IMG/VR virus record: IMGVR_UViG_3300023283_000212
Location: 1 to 46,905 of that record
Reading direction: 5' to 3' (one strand)
Origin: a virus
Taxonomy: Duplodnaviria > Caudoviricetes
DNA: 46,905 nucleotides
This document shows positions 24,614 through 34,738 of this stretch, in pieces (the stretch's first letter is position 1; each line of letters starts with the position of its first letter). A program made the position numbers and the translations under genes. The notes beneath the pieces are model-generated. The model made no database searches and was not told the origin of the DNA. It saw only the letters and a list, made by a program, of their open reading frames with translations.

Positions 24614-25391
24614 TCAGCCGCGACGGTTTGCTCCGCTTCGGCCGGGGCGGCACGAGACCGGCCCGCTCGAGGATCGCGCGCACGGCGCCGTGGTGCCAGT
24701 GGTCGTGATCGCGATAAGGAATCCCGCGGCGCTCCATCTCGGCGGCGATCGGCCGCAGCCCGAGGCCGCTCTCGTAGAGCTCGATGACGGTCTTCAGGTG
24801 CTGCTGCTCGGCCGGCTCGATTCTGAGCCACTGCGGATTCTTCGTACCGGTCGCCGGGTCGAACTTCGGCGGGTTCGCCGGGTCGATCGACCACCCGTAG
24901 GGCGGCCGCGCCGACATCTTGCGGCCGTTCCGCTGCAGGGAGCGCATCTTGGCGGCGGTGAGCTTGGCGATGCACTTCTTTTGGTATTCGGCGAAAATGG
25001 CGAAAATCTGCCGGGTGAGCTGCTGCTCCGGGTTGTCGAAATCGTAGCTCGCGCCTTCGACCGCTTCGATCGTCGCGCCGGCGGCGTGGACCTGCCGGAC
25101 GATCACCTCCTCGAGGAACGCATCGCGCGCGAGGCGGTGGAACCAGCGGACGACCAGCACGTCGCCCTTGCGCAGCGAGGCGACGGCGTCCCACAGCCCG
25201 GGTCGATCCTCCTGGTCGCCCGAGACCGCCACGTCCCAGAAGATGCGGTCCTTGTGCTTCGCATAGCCACGCTCGCGGCAGTACCGGCAGCAGACCTTGA
25301 GCTGCTGCTGGATGCTTTCGCTGGTGGCGGCGTCTGGGCGGGGCGAGAAACGCGCGTAGATGACCGCCCGCGGGGCGTTAGAATGGGCCAT
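24585..25391 (-). CDS. Serine recombinase (resolvase domain plus short recombinase-like tail)
   Basis: AVIYARFS, DRPGL, RLARD, FAIFAEYQ and PPYGW motifs; GGAGG RBS. Confidence 0.9.
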   Translation of the reverse strand: MAHSNAPRAVIYARFSPRPDAATSESIQQQLKVCCRYCRERGYAKHKDRIFWDVAVSGDQEDRPGLWDAVASLRKGDVLVVRWFHRLARDAFLEEVIVRQVHAAGATIEAVEGASYDFDNPEQQLTRQIFAIFAEYQKKCIAKLTAAKMRSLQRNGRKMSARPPYGWSIDPANPPKFDPATGTKNPQWLRIEPAEQQHLKTVIELYESGLGLRPIAAEMERRGIPYRDHDHWHHGAVRAILERAGLVPPRPKRSKPSRLIKLRPPERT

Positions 25392-25503
25392 GGATCGAGC
25401 CTCCTGTCTTAGCTCGGTTCCGGGCCCGGGGCGTTGGCGCGCCGCCGGGCCGCTTTTGTGGTGTGCCGATCCGGATCGTACCAACCGCAAAAGGACGAAG
25501 CAA

Positions 25504-25833
25504 GTGGTGAGGTTTGTCGGCGGACCGTATCACAACCGTCAGCTCGAAGTTTGCGGGGACGTCTGGCCGGACCAAATAGACGCCGGGGACGGAGCCTACC
25601 GGCTGGCTAGGTTCCGCTCGCCGTTCGGAGCGTGGTATGTGCAGTACGTGTTCGACAATTTCAGCCTCCATCTCGAAGCGTGGTGGGACGAGCGCGCGGA
25701 GGATGCGATGCTCGGCGGCGCGTTTCGCCGCCGCTCGCCCGGGACGGGCGCCCAGCTCGTCTTTCGGATCGCCGCAATCGGCGCGAAATACGGCACGCTC
25801 CGCGGAGACGAAGGGCGGCTGCCGGGCGGGTGA
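25504..25833 (+). CDS. Hypothetical protein
   Basis: VRFVGGPYHNR... motif of a kind common in small phage proteins; AAGGA upstream. Confidence 0.5.
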   Translation: MVRFVGGPYHNRQLEVCGDVWPDQIDAGDGAYRLARFRSPFGAWYVQYVFDNFSLHLEAWWDERAEDAMLGGAFRRRSPGTGAQLVFRIAAIGAKYGTLRGDEGRLPGG

Positions 25834-25875
25834 TAAAAGCGCTCCGCGCGGGCCTGCCGACTAGACTGTGGGGAC

Positions 25876-26496
25876 ATGGAGAGCAAAGCGCAACTCCGCA
25901 AGCGGCTGATCGACGAAGGGCGGTGGGAGGATTTCACGGCGGCCCGCGAGCGGCTCAAAGCCGAAGGGCAATCGTCCGCCGAAGCGCACCGGGGCGCCGT
26001 GGAGCTATTTCCGCCGCTGACCGCGAGCCAGCGGGCCGAAGCCGACCAGGCCGCGCGCGAGAGCCACCAGGCTCTCGCCGAGCTGGTCGCGGCGGTGCGG
26101 CGGAGGCCGGCCGACGCCGCGAATACGGACCTGCGGCAGCGGGCGGTCGCCGAGTGGGTCTTCGAGCACGCGCAGGTGGACCTCGCCGCGATCGAGGCGG
26201 CCGACGTGCCGAGCTGCGGGGCGCTCGGCCTGCTCGTCTGGGTCCAAACCAGCCCGGCCAACTACGGGGCGTTCCTCTCCCAGATCTGGAGCAAGCTGCT
26301 GCCGACCCGGCAGCAGATCGAACAGACCAACCGGTATACCGATGACGGCCGTGGGCTCGAACAACTCGATCAATTCGAGCAGGCCTGGAGCGAGGAGCGC
26401 GCCGCCGGCGTCGCGGGCCCCAAAGCGGCTGGGCCAGAACCTGGCGTATCGCAGAGCGCTGTTAAGCTGGGCGACGACCCCCGACCGCCAGCGTGA
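25876..26496 (+). CDS. Putative terminase small subunit
   Basis: Helical protein immediately upstream of, and overlapping, terL. Confidence 0.5.
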   Translation: MESKAQLRKRLIDEGRWEDFTAARERLKAEGQSSAEAHRGAVELFPPLTASQRAEADQAARESHQALAELVAAVRRRPADAANTDLRQRAVAEWVFEHAQVDLAAIEAADVPSCGALGLLVWVQTSPANYGAFLSQIWSKLLPTRQQIEQTNRYTDDGRGLEQLDQFEQAWSEERAAGVAGPKAAGPEPGVSQSAVKLGDDPRPPA

Positions 26497-28150
26497 CATA
26501 TGGGTCCGCTGCCGGCGCGATCCGATCTGGTACTTCGACGTCTTCGGGTGGACCTACAGCCCCAAGGACCACGCCGCCGCGCCCCACCGGCCGTTCATCC
26601 TCTGGCCCTACCAGGAAGAGATGCTGCTGTGGCTCATCGAGGGCTTCGGCCGCGCCGATCGCCTCGTCGAAAAGTCGCGCGATATGGGGGCGACCTGGCT
26701 CTGCCTGTGCGCGATCGAGTGGGCCTGGCATTTCCACGAGGGGGTCTCGTTTCTGGTCGCCTCGCGCAAGGAGGAGTACGTCGATAAGACGCGCGATCCG
26801 AAGACGCTCTTTTGGAAGCTCGACTATCTGCACAGCCGGCAGCCGGCCTGGTTGCTCGGGAGCTACTCGCCGGAGAACGACCGGCTGAAAAACCACATCT
26901 ACCACCCGGACACCGAGAGCACGATCGACGGCGAGAGCACGAACGCCGACCTCGGCCGCGGCGACCGCCGGACGGCGATTCTGCTCGACGAGTTTGCGAC
27001 CGTCGAAAACTCGTACCACATCCTCGCCGCCGCCGGTCAGGCGACCAACTGCTGCATTCTCAACTCGACGCCCAAGGGGACCGAGACCGCCTTCTACGAC
27101 CGGCGGCAGCAGCTCCCTGCCGAGCAGGTGCGGCGCCTGCACTGGACGATGCACCCGGAGAAGAGCGCCGGGCTGTACTACGACGACGCCGGCCGCGCGC
27201 GCAGCCCGTGGTACGACCAGGAATCCCGCCGCGCGCCGCACCGGCAGTGGATCGCCCAGGAGCTGGATATCGACTACGCGAGCAGCGCGTGGCAGTTCTT
27301 CGACGCGGAGCTGTTGGCCAAGCTGATCGCCGAGACCGCCACCCCGCCGACCCGCGAAGGCGAGCTGAACTTTGCCGTGGCGGACGACTACCGCCGGCTG
27401 GAACCCGAGTGGTTGGACCAGCCGGGCGGCCGGCTCAAGCTTTGGATGCACGTCGATCCGGTGACGAAGCGGCCGGTCCAGCGTGGCTTGTACGTGGTCG
27501 GCTGCGACGTGGCGACCGGCAAGGGCGGCGCGATGAGCAGCAACAGCGTGGCGTCGATCCTCGACCGGCAGACCGGCACGAAGGTCGGTGAGTTCGCCAG
27601 CAACCGGCTCTCGCCCGAGTCGTTCGCCCGCTTCGCGGTGGCGCTCTGCCTCTGGCTGGACGAGCGGGGCGCGTTCCTCATCTGGGAGGACAACGGACCG
27701 GGAGCCCAGTTCGGCCGGCAGGTGAGCGACCTGGGCTACGCGCGCGTCTTTATGCGCGAGGACGAGAAGGCCCTTTTTGGGAAAAAGCAGGCCAAGCCGG
27801 GATGGTACTCCTCGAAAGAGATCAAGCGGATGCTGCTCGGCAATTACGCCACGGCGCTGCTGGAGGGAAAGTTCGTCAACCGCTCGGAAGCCGCGCTCCG
27901 CGAGTGCGGCGAGTATGTCCACGGCCCGAACGGCGACATCTATCACGCCGGGGCCAAGAAGGGAGTCGAGCCGACCAGCGAGGGAGAGAACCACGGGGAC
28001 CGGGTGATCGCCGACGCGCTCTGCTGGCGCGCGGTCAAGGACGTGCCGCTGAGGCAGACCGACGAGATCCGCCGCGCGCCGCTCGGGTCGCTCGCCGCTC
28101 GCCGCGCGCGGCGAGCGACCAAGCTGCGGCGCGAGGCGCGGAGGTGGTGA
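26342..28150 (+). CDS. terL: Terminase large subunit
   Basis: LWPYQ, KSRDMGATW (Walker A-like), ILLDEFA (Walker B), NSTPKG, VVGCDVA and HGDRVIA. Confidence 0.9.
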   Translation: MTAVGSNNSINSSRPGARSAPPASRAPKRLGQNLAYRRALLSWATTPDRQRDIWVRCRRDPIWYFDVFGWTYSPKDHAAAPHRPFILWPYQEEMLLWLIEGFGRADRLVEKSRDMGATWLCLCAIEWAWHFHEGVSFLVASRKEEYVDKTRDPKTLFWKLDYLHSRQPAWLLGSYSPENDRLKNHIYHPDTESTIDGESTNADLGRGDRRTAILLDEFATVENSYHILAAAGQATNCCILNSTPKGTETAFYDRRQQLPAEQVRRLHWTMHPEKSAGLYYDDAGRARSPWYDQESRRAPHRQWIAQELDIDYASSAWQFFDAELLAKLIAETATPPTREGELNFAVADDYRRLEPEWLDQPGGRLKLWMHVDPVTKRPVQRGLYVVGCDVATGKGGAMSSNSVASILDRQTGTKVGEFASNRLSPESFARFAVALCLWLDERGAFLIWEDNGPGAQFGRQVSDLGYARVFMREDEKALFGKKQAKPGWYSSKEIKRMLLGNYATALLEGKFVNRSEAALRECGEYVHGPNGDIYHAGAKKGVEPTSEGENHGDRVIADALCWRAVKDVPLRQTDEIRRAPLGSLAARRARRATKLRREARRW

Positions 28151-28332
28151 TGAAATTTCGACATCTGCTGCGGATGTATACCGATCGGTGGCGCGAAAGA
28201 TGCCTCGAAGCGCGGGGGCGCTGCGAGCGGCTGGAAAGGCGGATTCGCGAGCTCGAAGCGGAAAACGAGCGGCAGCGCCGGGCGCTTGAGCAGATCGCCG
28301 CCGAGGCGAGCCGATGGGAGGAACAGCCATGA
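28150..28332 (+). CDS. Small coiled-coil protein
   Basis: TGATG coupling with terL; GGAGG RBS. Confidence 0.6.
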   Translation: MKFRHLLRMYTDRWRERCLEARGRCERLERRIRELEAENERQRRALEQIAAEASRWEEQP

Positions 28333-28649
28333 AACAGCTCACCTTCGCCCAGCTTTTGCAGGAGCCGCCGGGGACGGTCTTTTCGGTTCTCGAAGACGGG
28401 GAGATTTGCAGCCTGCTGGTCAAGGAGGAGACCTGTTACGAGATCCGGCGCGGCCGCTCCCGCGCGATCGACTGCGAGGTCCGATCGCTGCTGCCGGTCC
28501 TGGTACACAAGCTGGCGATGCACGACCGGGCGAAGTTCCGGCTGCAAAACCGGGGCGCCGGCGCGCGGTTCGTGGTGTACGACCCGGGCATCGATCTGAG
28601 TTGGCTGGAAGCCGAGCTGCACCAGTGCCGTTATCTCGCCGAAACCTAG
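28329..28649 (+). CDS. Hypothetical protein
   Basis: ATGA coupling; GGAGG RBS. Confidence 0.65.
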   Translation: MKQLTFAQLLQEPPGTVFSVLEDGEICSLLVKEETCYEIRRGRSRAIDCEVRSLLPVLVHKLAMHDRAKFRLQNRGAGARFVVYDPGIDLSWLEAELHQCRYLAET

Positions 28650-29004
28650 CTCGGGCCGGGATCGAAGCGCGCATTCGCGCGCGACGCTTGGATCGCTCGC
28701 CGGTGGGCTCGTTTCCCGCCGGCGCGGCGGCCCAGGCACCGCGTCTGGGCTCGTTTCCCCTTGCTGCCTCCGGTCGCATGGGAGAGGCATGCGACCGCGG
28801 CGGCGGCCCAGGGGCCCCCGGCAAGCGCAAAATCCGATCCGCATCCCCCGCACCGAAGCCGTGTCCGGGACGTTAGTTAGCTTCGCTCTGCCGCGCCGCA
28901 TCAAGGGGTGAAAAAGGTGAAAAAAGCGCACGGGCGGAAATTCGCCTCAAGAATAAAGCGTGATGGGGGACGAGGCGCAGAGACACCAACACGACGAGGC
29001 ACCG

Positions 29005-29151
29005 ATGAAGGGCAAGCATTACGGGCGATCCGCAGCGAAGGGAATCAAAAAGGCGAAGGGCCGCACGCCGCGGACCAGTCGCGGGCGCTCCACCGGGGTG
29101 CCCAAGACCAACACCAAGGGCCGCGGCAAGGGGACGATGAGCTACCGCTAG
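29005..29151 (+). CDS. Very basic small protein (K/R/G-rich)
   Basis: MKGKHYGRSAAKGIKKAKGR...; GAGG RBS; precedes the portal gene. Confidence 0.6.
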   Translation: MKGKHYGRSAAKGIKKAKGRTPRTSRGRSTGVPKTNTKGRGKGTMSYR

Positions 29152-29199
29152 CGCGGCGGCTCGGTGTACTTCTCTTCCTCGATTCGCCACTCGATCCCG

Positions 29200-31017
29200 A
29201 TGCCCTTCGACCCGGAAAACCAGCGCGACCTGATGCGCCTCCGCGAGAGCTTGCACGACGCGCGGCAGCAATTGCGCGTCTTTCACGAGCACTGGCTCGA
29301 AGCGCTGCAAGAGCTGGTCGGGGCCCACTACGGGCGGCTGCTGGTCGGGGCCCACACCCGCGTTCACGCCCCGCTGATCGAAAAGGCGGTGACGATCTAC
29401 TCGCGGCTGCTCGCCGCCCAGGCACCGCAGATCCTGATGCTCACCGACGCGGCGGCCCTCAAGAGCCTCGCCAAAGACGCCGAAGCGGTGAACAACCGCA
29501 TCCTGCAAGAGAGCAACTTCGAAATTACGCTGCAGCGCTGGGTGCAGCAGAGCCTGCTCGCCCCGTTCGGGATTCTGAAGGTCGGCTGGGAGCTCGCCGG
29601 CGAGACCGAGGGCGACGACGGGGAGCCGATCCCGGTCGGCGAAGCGTATCTCTCGGACGTCTCGTTCGACGACTGGGTACACGACCTCGGCGCCACGCGG
29701 CTCGAAGAAGCGCCCTACATGGGCCACCGCTTCCGCACCTCGCTCGAAGAGGTGCGGGATAACCCGCTCTACGAGCGGACCGCGCGCGAAAGCCTCACGC
29801 CCGACGAGCAGGACAACTACCACGAGCAGGGCCAACGCAAATCGAGCCTCCTCTCGCGCGGCTATTACGGCCAGCGGGAAGACCTCACCCCGCAGGTCGA
29901 GCTGTGGGAGCTCTACCTCCCGCGCGAACAGCTCGTCGTCACGATCGCGGCCGAGCAGACGCTCCCCGCGCTGCGGGTCGCCGAGTGGGTCGGTCCCGAG
30001 CGGGGCCCCTATCACTTCCTGTATTACACGGAGGTCCCCAACAACTCGCTGCCGCTCGCGCCGGTCGCCAACTGGATGGACCTGCACGAACTGAATAACA
30101 CCGTCCTGCGGAAGCTCGCCCGGCAGGCGGAAAATCAGAAGATCGTCGGGCTCTATGCCGAGGGCGACGACGAGAGCGCGACCCGCATCACCGAGGCGGA
30201 CGACATGGAATGGGTCGGGGTCCGCGACCCGCAGCGGATCGCCGAGGTCCGCTTCAACGGGCCCGATGCGGCCAATCAGCAGTTTTTCCTGGCCATGCAG
30301 GACCTCTTCAACAACCTCTCGGGAAACCTCGATCTGCTCGGCGGGCTCGGCCCACAGAGCGACACGGTGGGACAGGATCAGCTCATCTCAGATCGGGCGA
30401 GCGAGCGGGTCGAGTGGATGAAAGACCGGGTGTACCTCCGCACGCGCGACGTCTGCGAGTCGATCGCCTGGTACTACTGGCACGACCCCGTGCGGCTCTA
30501 CGCGGGCGTCCGCGAGCTGCCGCACACCGACCTGGCGATCCCGGTCGAGATCACCCCGGAGATGCGCAGCGGCAACTGGCAAAAGTTCAACTTCGAAATC
30601 GTGCCGCACTCGATGCAGAAGCTCTCGCCCGCGCAGCGGATGAACGAGCTGCGGCAGCTCATGCAAGAGCTCACGGCGCTCGGCCCGCTGCTCGAACAGC
30701 AGGGCCTCGCGCTGAACGTGCAGGCGTACCTGGAGACCTACGCCAAGTACCGGCACATGCCGGAAGTGCGCGAGCTGGTGACCCTCCTGGAAGGCGAGCC
30801 GGGAGAGCCGGCGCCGATCGGGACGCGGCCCGGCGCCGAAGGGGCGCGGATGCCGGCCCATACGGTCCGCGAGAACGTGCGCCGCAGCGTGCCGACCGGC
30901 GGGACCGAGCAGAGCCGCCGGCAGACTTTGATGCAGGGCTTGATGGCCGCCGCCGGCGGGCAAGGCGGCGCCAACTCGCAGCAGCTCGCCGCCCTTTCGC
31001 GAAGGGCCGCCGGATGA
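29200..31017 (+). CDS. Portal protein (podovirus type)
   Basis: About 605 aa, between terL and scaffold/capsid. GILKVGW, VELWELY and GPYHFL motifs; Q-rich tail. Confidence 0.8.
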   Translation: MPFDPENQRDLMRLRESLHDARQQLRVFHEHWLEALQELVGAHYGRLLVGAHTRVHAPLIEKAVTIYSRLLAAQAPQILMLTDAAALKSLAKDAEAVNNRILQESNFEITLQRWVQQSLLAPFGILKVGWELAGETEGDDGEPIPVGEAYLSDVSFDDWVHDLGATRLEEAPYMGHRFRTSLEEVRDNPLYERTARESLTPDEQDNYHEQGQRKSSLLSRGYYGQREDLTPQVELWELYLPREQLVVTIAAEQTLPALRVAEWVGPERGPYHFLYYTEVPNNSLPLAPVANWMDLHELNNTVLRKLARQAENQKIVGLYAEGDDESATRITEADDMEWVGVRDPQRIAEVRFNGPDAANQQFFLAMQDLFNNLSGNLDLLGGLGPQSDTVGQDQLISDRASERVEWMKDRVYLRTRDVCESIAWYYWHDPVRLYAGVRELPHTDLAIPVEITPEMRSGNWQKFNFEIVPHSMQKLSPAQRMNELRQLMQELTALGPLLEQQGLALNVQAYLETYAKYRHMPEVRELVTLLEGEPGEPAPIGTRPGAEGARMPAHTVRENVRRSVPTGGTEQSRRQTLMQGLMAAAGGQGGANSQQLAALSRRAAG

Positions 31018-31346
31018 GCAAGCGCTACTACTACCGGGGCGAGTGGCACGACGCGCCGGCGCCGCGGAGGGGCGGCCTCACGCGGCTGGTCCACGGCGTC
31101 GGCGGCGGAGGGCCGCTTCCCAAGACGCGCCTCCGGCGGACCCGCAAGCGGGCCCGCTACGGCTACGAGTCGCTCGGGATGGGCGTCCTGCCCTCGCAGC
31201 GCAAGATCCTGCAAAAGCGGCTCGACGAGCACTGCGCGCGGCCCTGCGAAGTCTCGGCCGACGGAAACCCGATCATCACCGGCCCGGAGCAGCACCGCGC
31301 GGTCTGCCGGGCCCTGAACATGTACGACAAGGACGCCTACCTGTGA
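31014..31346 (+). CDS. Hypothetical head-region protein
   Basis: Coupled to the portal and scaffold genes by overlapping start/stop codons. Confidence 0.7.
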   Translation: MSKRYYYRGEWHDAPAPRRGGLTRLVHGVGGGGPLPKTRLRRTRKRARYGYESLGMGVLPSQRKILQKRLDEHCARPCEVSADGNPIITGPEQHRAVCRALNMYDKDAYL

Positions 31347-32272
31347 ACCACGACGAGCAGACGGCCCAAGCGCACGAACAGATCCAAGCCGAAGCCACGC
31401 AGGAGGAAGATCCCCTGCACGGCTTGAACTTTTCCGAGCCGAGCGTTCCGGGCGGCGGCGAGACGAGCTCCGCCGACGACCGAAGCGGGGGCGAACCGCC
31501 TCCGGAAAGCGATCGCGCGGAGGCGACCGGCAGCGAGCGCGAAACGCCGCAGGCGCCCGCGCTCGACCCGATCCTGATGCAGGCGTACCAGGCGCTTTCG
31601 CAGCAACCGCAGCAACCGCAGCAACCGCAGCAACCGCAGCAACCGCAGCAACCGCAGCAACCGCAGCAACCGCAGCAGGGGCAGTACGCCCCGTTTGAGC
31701 GGAAGCTCGACGGGGAATACGTCGATACCGAGGTCCGCGAGTACCTCGAAGCGCTCGCCGAGCACGTCAACACGGCGCTCGGCCCGCTGCACCAGAGCCA
31801 GCAGAGCGTCTCAGCCCTGCAGCAGCAGCTCGCCGAGCAGCAGAACGCGCAGTTCCAGCAGTGGTTCGACCCGGCGGTCGACTCGCTCGGCTACAGCGAC
31901 CTGTTCGGCGAAAGCGGCAGCGCGCTTTCGCCCGACCAAATGGAAAACCGCGGCCAGCTCGACGATGCGATGTTCTCCCTGGAGCAGAGCTACCGGGCCC
32001 TCGGCCGGCCGGTTCCGCGCGGCGAGCAGTTGCTCACCGAAGCGCTGCATCTGAAGTTTGGACAGCAACTTATTCGGCGCGCCGAGCAGCGGACGCGGCA
32101 GAGCACGCACGCGCAGCTCCGCAGCCGGGACGAGACGGGGAAATTCACCCGCCGCCCGGACCGGCAAAGCAGCGAGCGGCGACCGACCACCGCCGACGAG
32201 CGGCGGATGGCCGGGGCCGAGCGGGTGCGGGACATGCTCCGCAGCCGAGGGGTCGACGTGCCCCTGGTCTGA
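31343..32272 (+). CDS. Putative scaffolding protein
   Basis: Acidic disordered N-terminus, Q-rich coiled coil, directly upstream of the capsid gene. Confidence 0.7.
   Translation: MNHDEQTAQAHEQIQAEATQEEDPLHGLNFSEPSVPGGGETSSADDRSGGEPPPESDRAEATGSERETPQAPALDPILMQAYQALSQQPQQPQQPQQPQQPQQPQQPQQPQQGQYAPFERKLDGEYVDTEVREYLEALAEHVNTALGPLHQSQQSVSALQQQLAEQQNAQFQQWFDPAVDSLGYSDLFGESGSALSPDQMENRGQLDDAMFSLEQSYRALGRPVPRGEQLLTEALHLKFGQQLIRRAEQRTRQSTHAQLRSRDETGKFTRRPDRQSSERRPTTADERRMAGAERVRDMLRSRGVDVPLV
31600..31678 (+). repeat. 9-bp coding microsatellite (CAGCAACCG)n encoding QQP
   Basis: About 8.5 tandem copies. Confidence 0.95.
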
Positions 32273-32310
32273 TCGCGAAGCGCGCATAAACACAACCGGA
32301 GAACGACACC

Positions 32311-33351
32311 GTGGCCACCCTCCAAGACTCGGACATTGCCGACCTGATCAAATCCACGAGAGCGGATGAAGGCGTCGGCAGGTTCAACGAAATCGCCAGC
32401 CGGCTCACCCACTACGAGGTGATGAGCCGGATGATGAAGACCGACAAGCAGGAGTTCCAGGCCGGCAGGAAGGTCCAGGGCAACCTGCTGGTGAACCACA
32501 GCTTTAGCGCCAAGCAGGTCGGCCTGCACGAGGTGATCGAGCCGACGATCGACGATCTGTTCGAGCAATTCGAAGTTCCCTGGCGGCACACCAACTGCAA
32601 TTGGAGCTGGGAGCGCCGCGAAGGGCTGATGAACCGCTCGGCGCAGCAGATCTTCAACATGATCGACGGCCGCCGCGTCGCCGCGATGATCTCGCTGTTC
32701 GAACATCTCGAGACGCAGTTCTGGACCGCCCCGACCGATTCGGACAACGCGCTGGACTGGTACGGCATCCCGTACTGGGTCGTCAAGGCGACCAGCGACA
32801 CGGCCGGGTTCAACGGCGGGAACCCGACCGGATTTTCCGACGGGGCCGGCAGCATCAACTCGGATACCCACACGCGGTGGGCCAACTGGAACGCCCAGTA
32901 CACCGACGTGACCGAGGACGACCTGCTGCGGGAGCTGCGCAAAGCCTGCCGCCGGACCGACTTCAAAAGCCCGGTCGATTTCGAAGACTACTCGAACGGC
33001 GGCGGCCAGCAGCGGCGGATTTACATGAACGAGGAGACCATCGACGCGATGGAATCGGACATGCGCACCCGCAACGACAACCACTCGGACCTCGCGCAGT
33101 ACTACGGCGCGACGACCTTCAAGCGGCACCCACTGAGGTACGTGCCGAAGCTCAACGACGACACGCAGAACCCGGTCTACTGCCTGAATTTCGAGTGGCT
33201 CGCGCTGGTCTTCCTTTCGGGGGACTTCCTCTACGAGCACGACCCGGAAAAGAGCCCCAATCAGCCGAACACGTGGGTCGTACATACCGACCTTACCGGC
33301 AACGTGCTCTGCACCAACCGGCGGATGCAGGCGGTCATCAACAAAGCGTAA
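32311..33351 (+). CDS. Major capsid protein
   Basis: 346 aa after the scaffold; HK97-like pattern (EVPWRH, YGIPYW, YVPKL, GNVLCTNRR); GGAG RBS. Confidence 0.8.
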   Translation: MATLQDSDIADLIKSTRADEGVGRFNEIASRLTHYEVMSRMMKTDKQEFQAGRKVQGNLLVNHSFSAKQVGLHEVIEPTIDDLFEQFEVPWRHTNCNWSWERREGLMNRSAQQIFNMIDGRRVAAMISLFEHLETQFWTAPTDSDNALDWYGIPYWVVKATSDTAGFNGGNPTGFSDGAGSINSDTHTRWANWNAQYTDVTEDDLLRELRKACRRTDFKSPVDFEDYSNGGGQQRRIYMNEETIDAMESDMRTRNDNHSDLAQYYGATTFKRHPLRYVPKLNDDTQNPVYCLNFEWLALVFLSGDFLYEHDPEKSPNQPNTWVVHTDLTGNVLCTNRRMQAVINKA

Positions 33352-33408
33352 GCCTCCAGCGCGCGCAGCGTTTTCAGCCAACTCCAGGATTCACCAGGAT
33401 CGAACACC

Positions 33409-34260
33409 ATGGTCAAACTCAACACCACCGCCGTCTACCGCGGCAAGAACAGCGACGTGGGGCAGTCGCCGCGCATCTGGGGCGACTGCCCGGCGGACCT
33501 TCTGCGGAACGACTTCAACGCCGGCTTCATCTGCGCCGACCACTTCAAAGCCTTCCACGGATCGGTCAGCAGCAACGTCGGGCGGTACTTCGGCCCGGAC
33601 GGCGGGTATGTGAGCTACGAGGACACTTCCTGCTCGATCGCGCAGCTTGCGACCGAGCGGGACGGCGTGGTCCGCCTCGCGACGACCACCACCGACAACG
33701 TGGAGGTGTGGTTGATGCCCGGCAGCGCGACCAGCGTGGCCGCCCTGCTCTCGGACTCGACCCTCTACAAGACGTGGTTCGAGGCGCGGGTGCGGTTCAA
33801 CTCGATCACCGACGACAAGTTCGGGTTCTTCGTCGGCCTCGCGGAGGAGGGTCTCGCGGCGGCCGACACGATCTCCGACGCCGGCGCACTGGCCGACAAG
33901 GATTTTGTCGGCTTCTTTCGCGACGAGGCGGACGGCGACCAGCTCGACACGGTCCACAACAAGGCGGGCGCCGGCGGCGTGACGACGGTCAAAGCCGATG
34001 CGGCCCCCTCGGCGCTGGTGGCCGACACGTGGGTCAAACTCGGCCTCCTCTACGAGCCGGAGCACCACGACGGGGCGCGGATTACGTACTTTGTCGACGG
34101 CGTCGCGCTGGACGATACGATCGACGCCTCGACCTTCGCCGCCGGCTTCCCCGACGGCGAGGAGCTCCACGCGTTGTTCGGTTTGAAGAACGCGACCAAC
34201 GAACTCGCGCAGCTCGACGTCGACTGGTGGCAGCTCGCCCAACTGAACGTCGCCGCCTAA
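33409..34260 (+). CDS. Virion protein, beta-sandwich (decoration-like)
   Basis: Follows the capsid gene; WFEARV, WVKLG and YFVDG lectin-like strands. Confidence 0.6.
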   Translation: MVKLNTTAVYRGKNSDVGQSPRIWGDCPADLLRNDFNAGFICADHFKAFHGSVSSNVGRYFGPDGGYVSYEDTSCSIAQLATERDGVVRLATTTTDNVEVWLMPGSATSVAALLSDSTLYKTWFEARVRFNSITDDKFGFFVGLAEEGLAAADTISDAGALADKDFVGFFRDEADGDQLDTVHNKAGAGGVTTVKADAAPSALVADTWVKLGLLYEPEHHDGARITYFVDGVALDDTIDASTFAAGFPDGEELHALFGLKNATNELAQLDVDWWQLAQLNVAA

Positions 34261-34287
34261 TCTCCACTCCCACCGAACGCAGAAGAG

Positions 34288-34635
34288 GTGACGGCCATGG
34301 ACGAGCAGACCCGCAGCCACTTCCAGAGTTTGTTGGGCGAACCGGAAGTCGCCGCCCCCGAACGAGACCTGCCGGATAGCGAGCGGGCGCTGCCGCGGCG
34401 GATCGCCGAGCTCTACGACGAGCTGCACGGGCAGATCAAGAAGATCGATCGCCACAAAAAACCGATGCACGCCGATCTGGCATGGATCACCGTGCTTGAG
34501 CCCAAGCTGCATCAGATCGCGCGGCTCGCCGCGCGGGTGGAGCAGATCGAAGCGCGGCTGGAGGCTCAAACCGAGCACTCCGGCGCCTGCGCAGGGGCCT
34601 CGAAGCCCGCCGGCGGGAAAAGGACGAACAAGTAA
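34288..34635 (+). CDS. Hypothetical protein
   Basis: Co-oriented ORF in the structural operon. Confidence 0.6.
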   Translation: MTAMDEQTRSHFQSLLGEPEVAAPERDLPDSERALPRRIAELYDELHGQIKKIDRHKKPMHADLAWITVLEPKLHQIARLAARVEQIEARLEAQTEHSGACAGASKPAGGKRTNK

Positions 34636-34738
34636 TTTGCTTGCTGCGACCGGGAGATCCCCGAACCGGCGTGCTGGTGGCTGCTTGCGATTTGCACTTG
34701 GATTGCGAGACGGACAAGACACCCGACGCTGCGATAAC

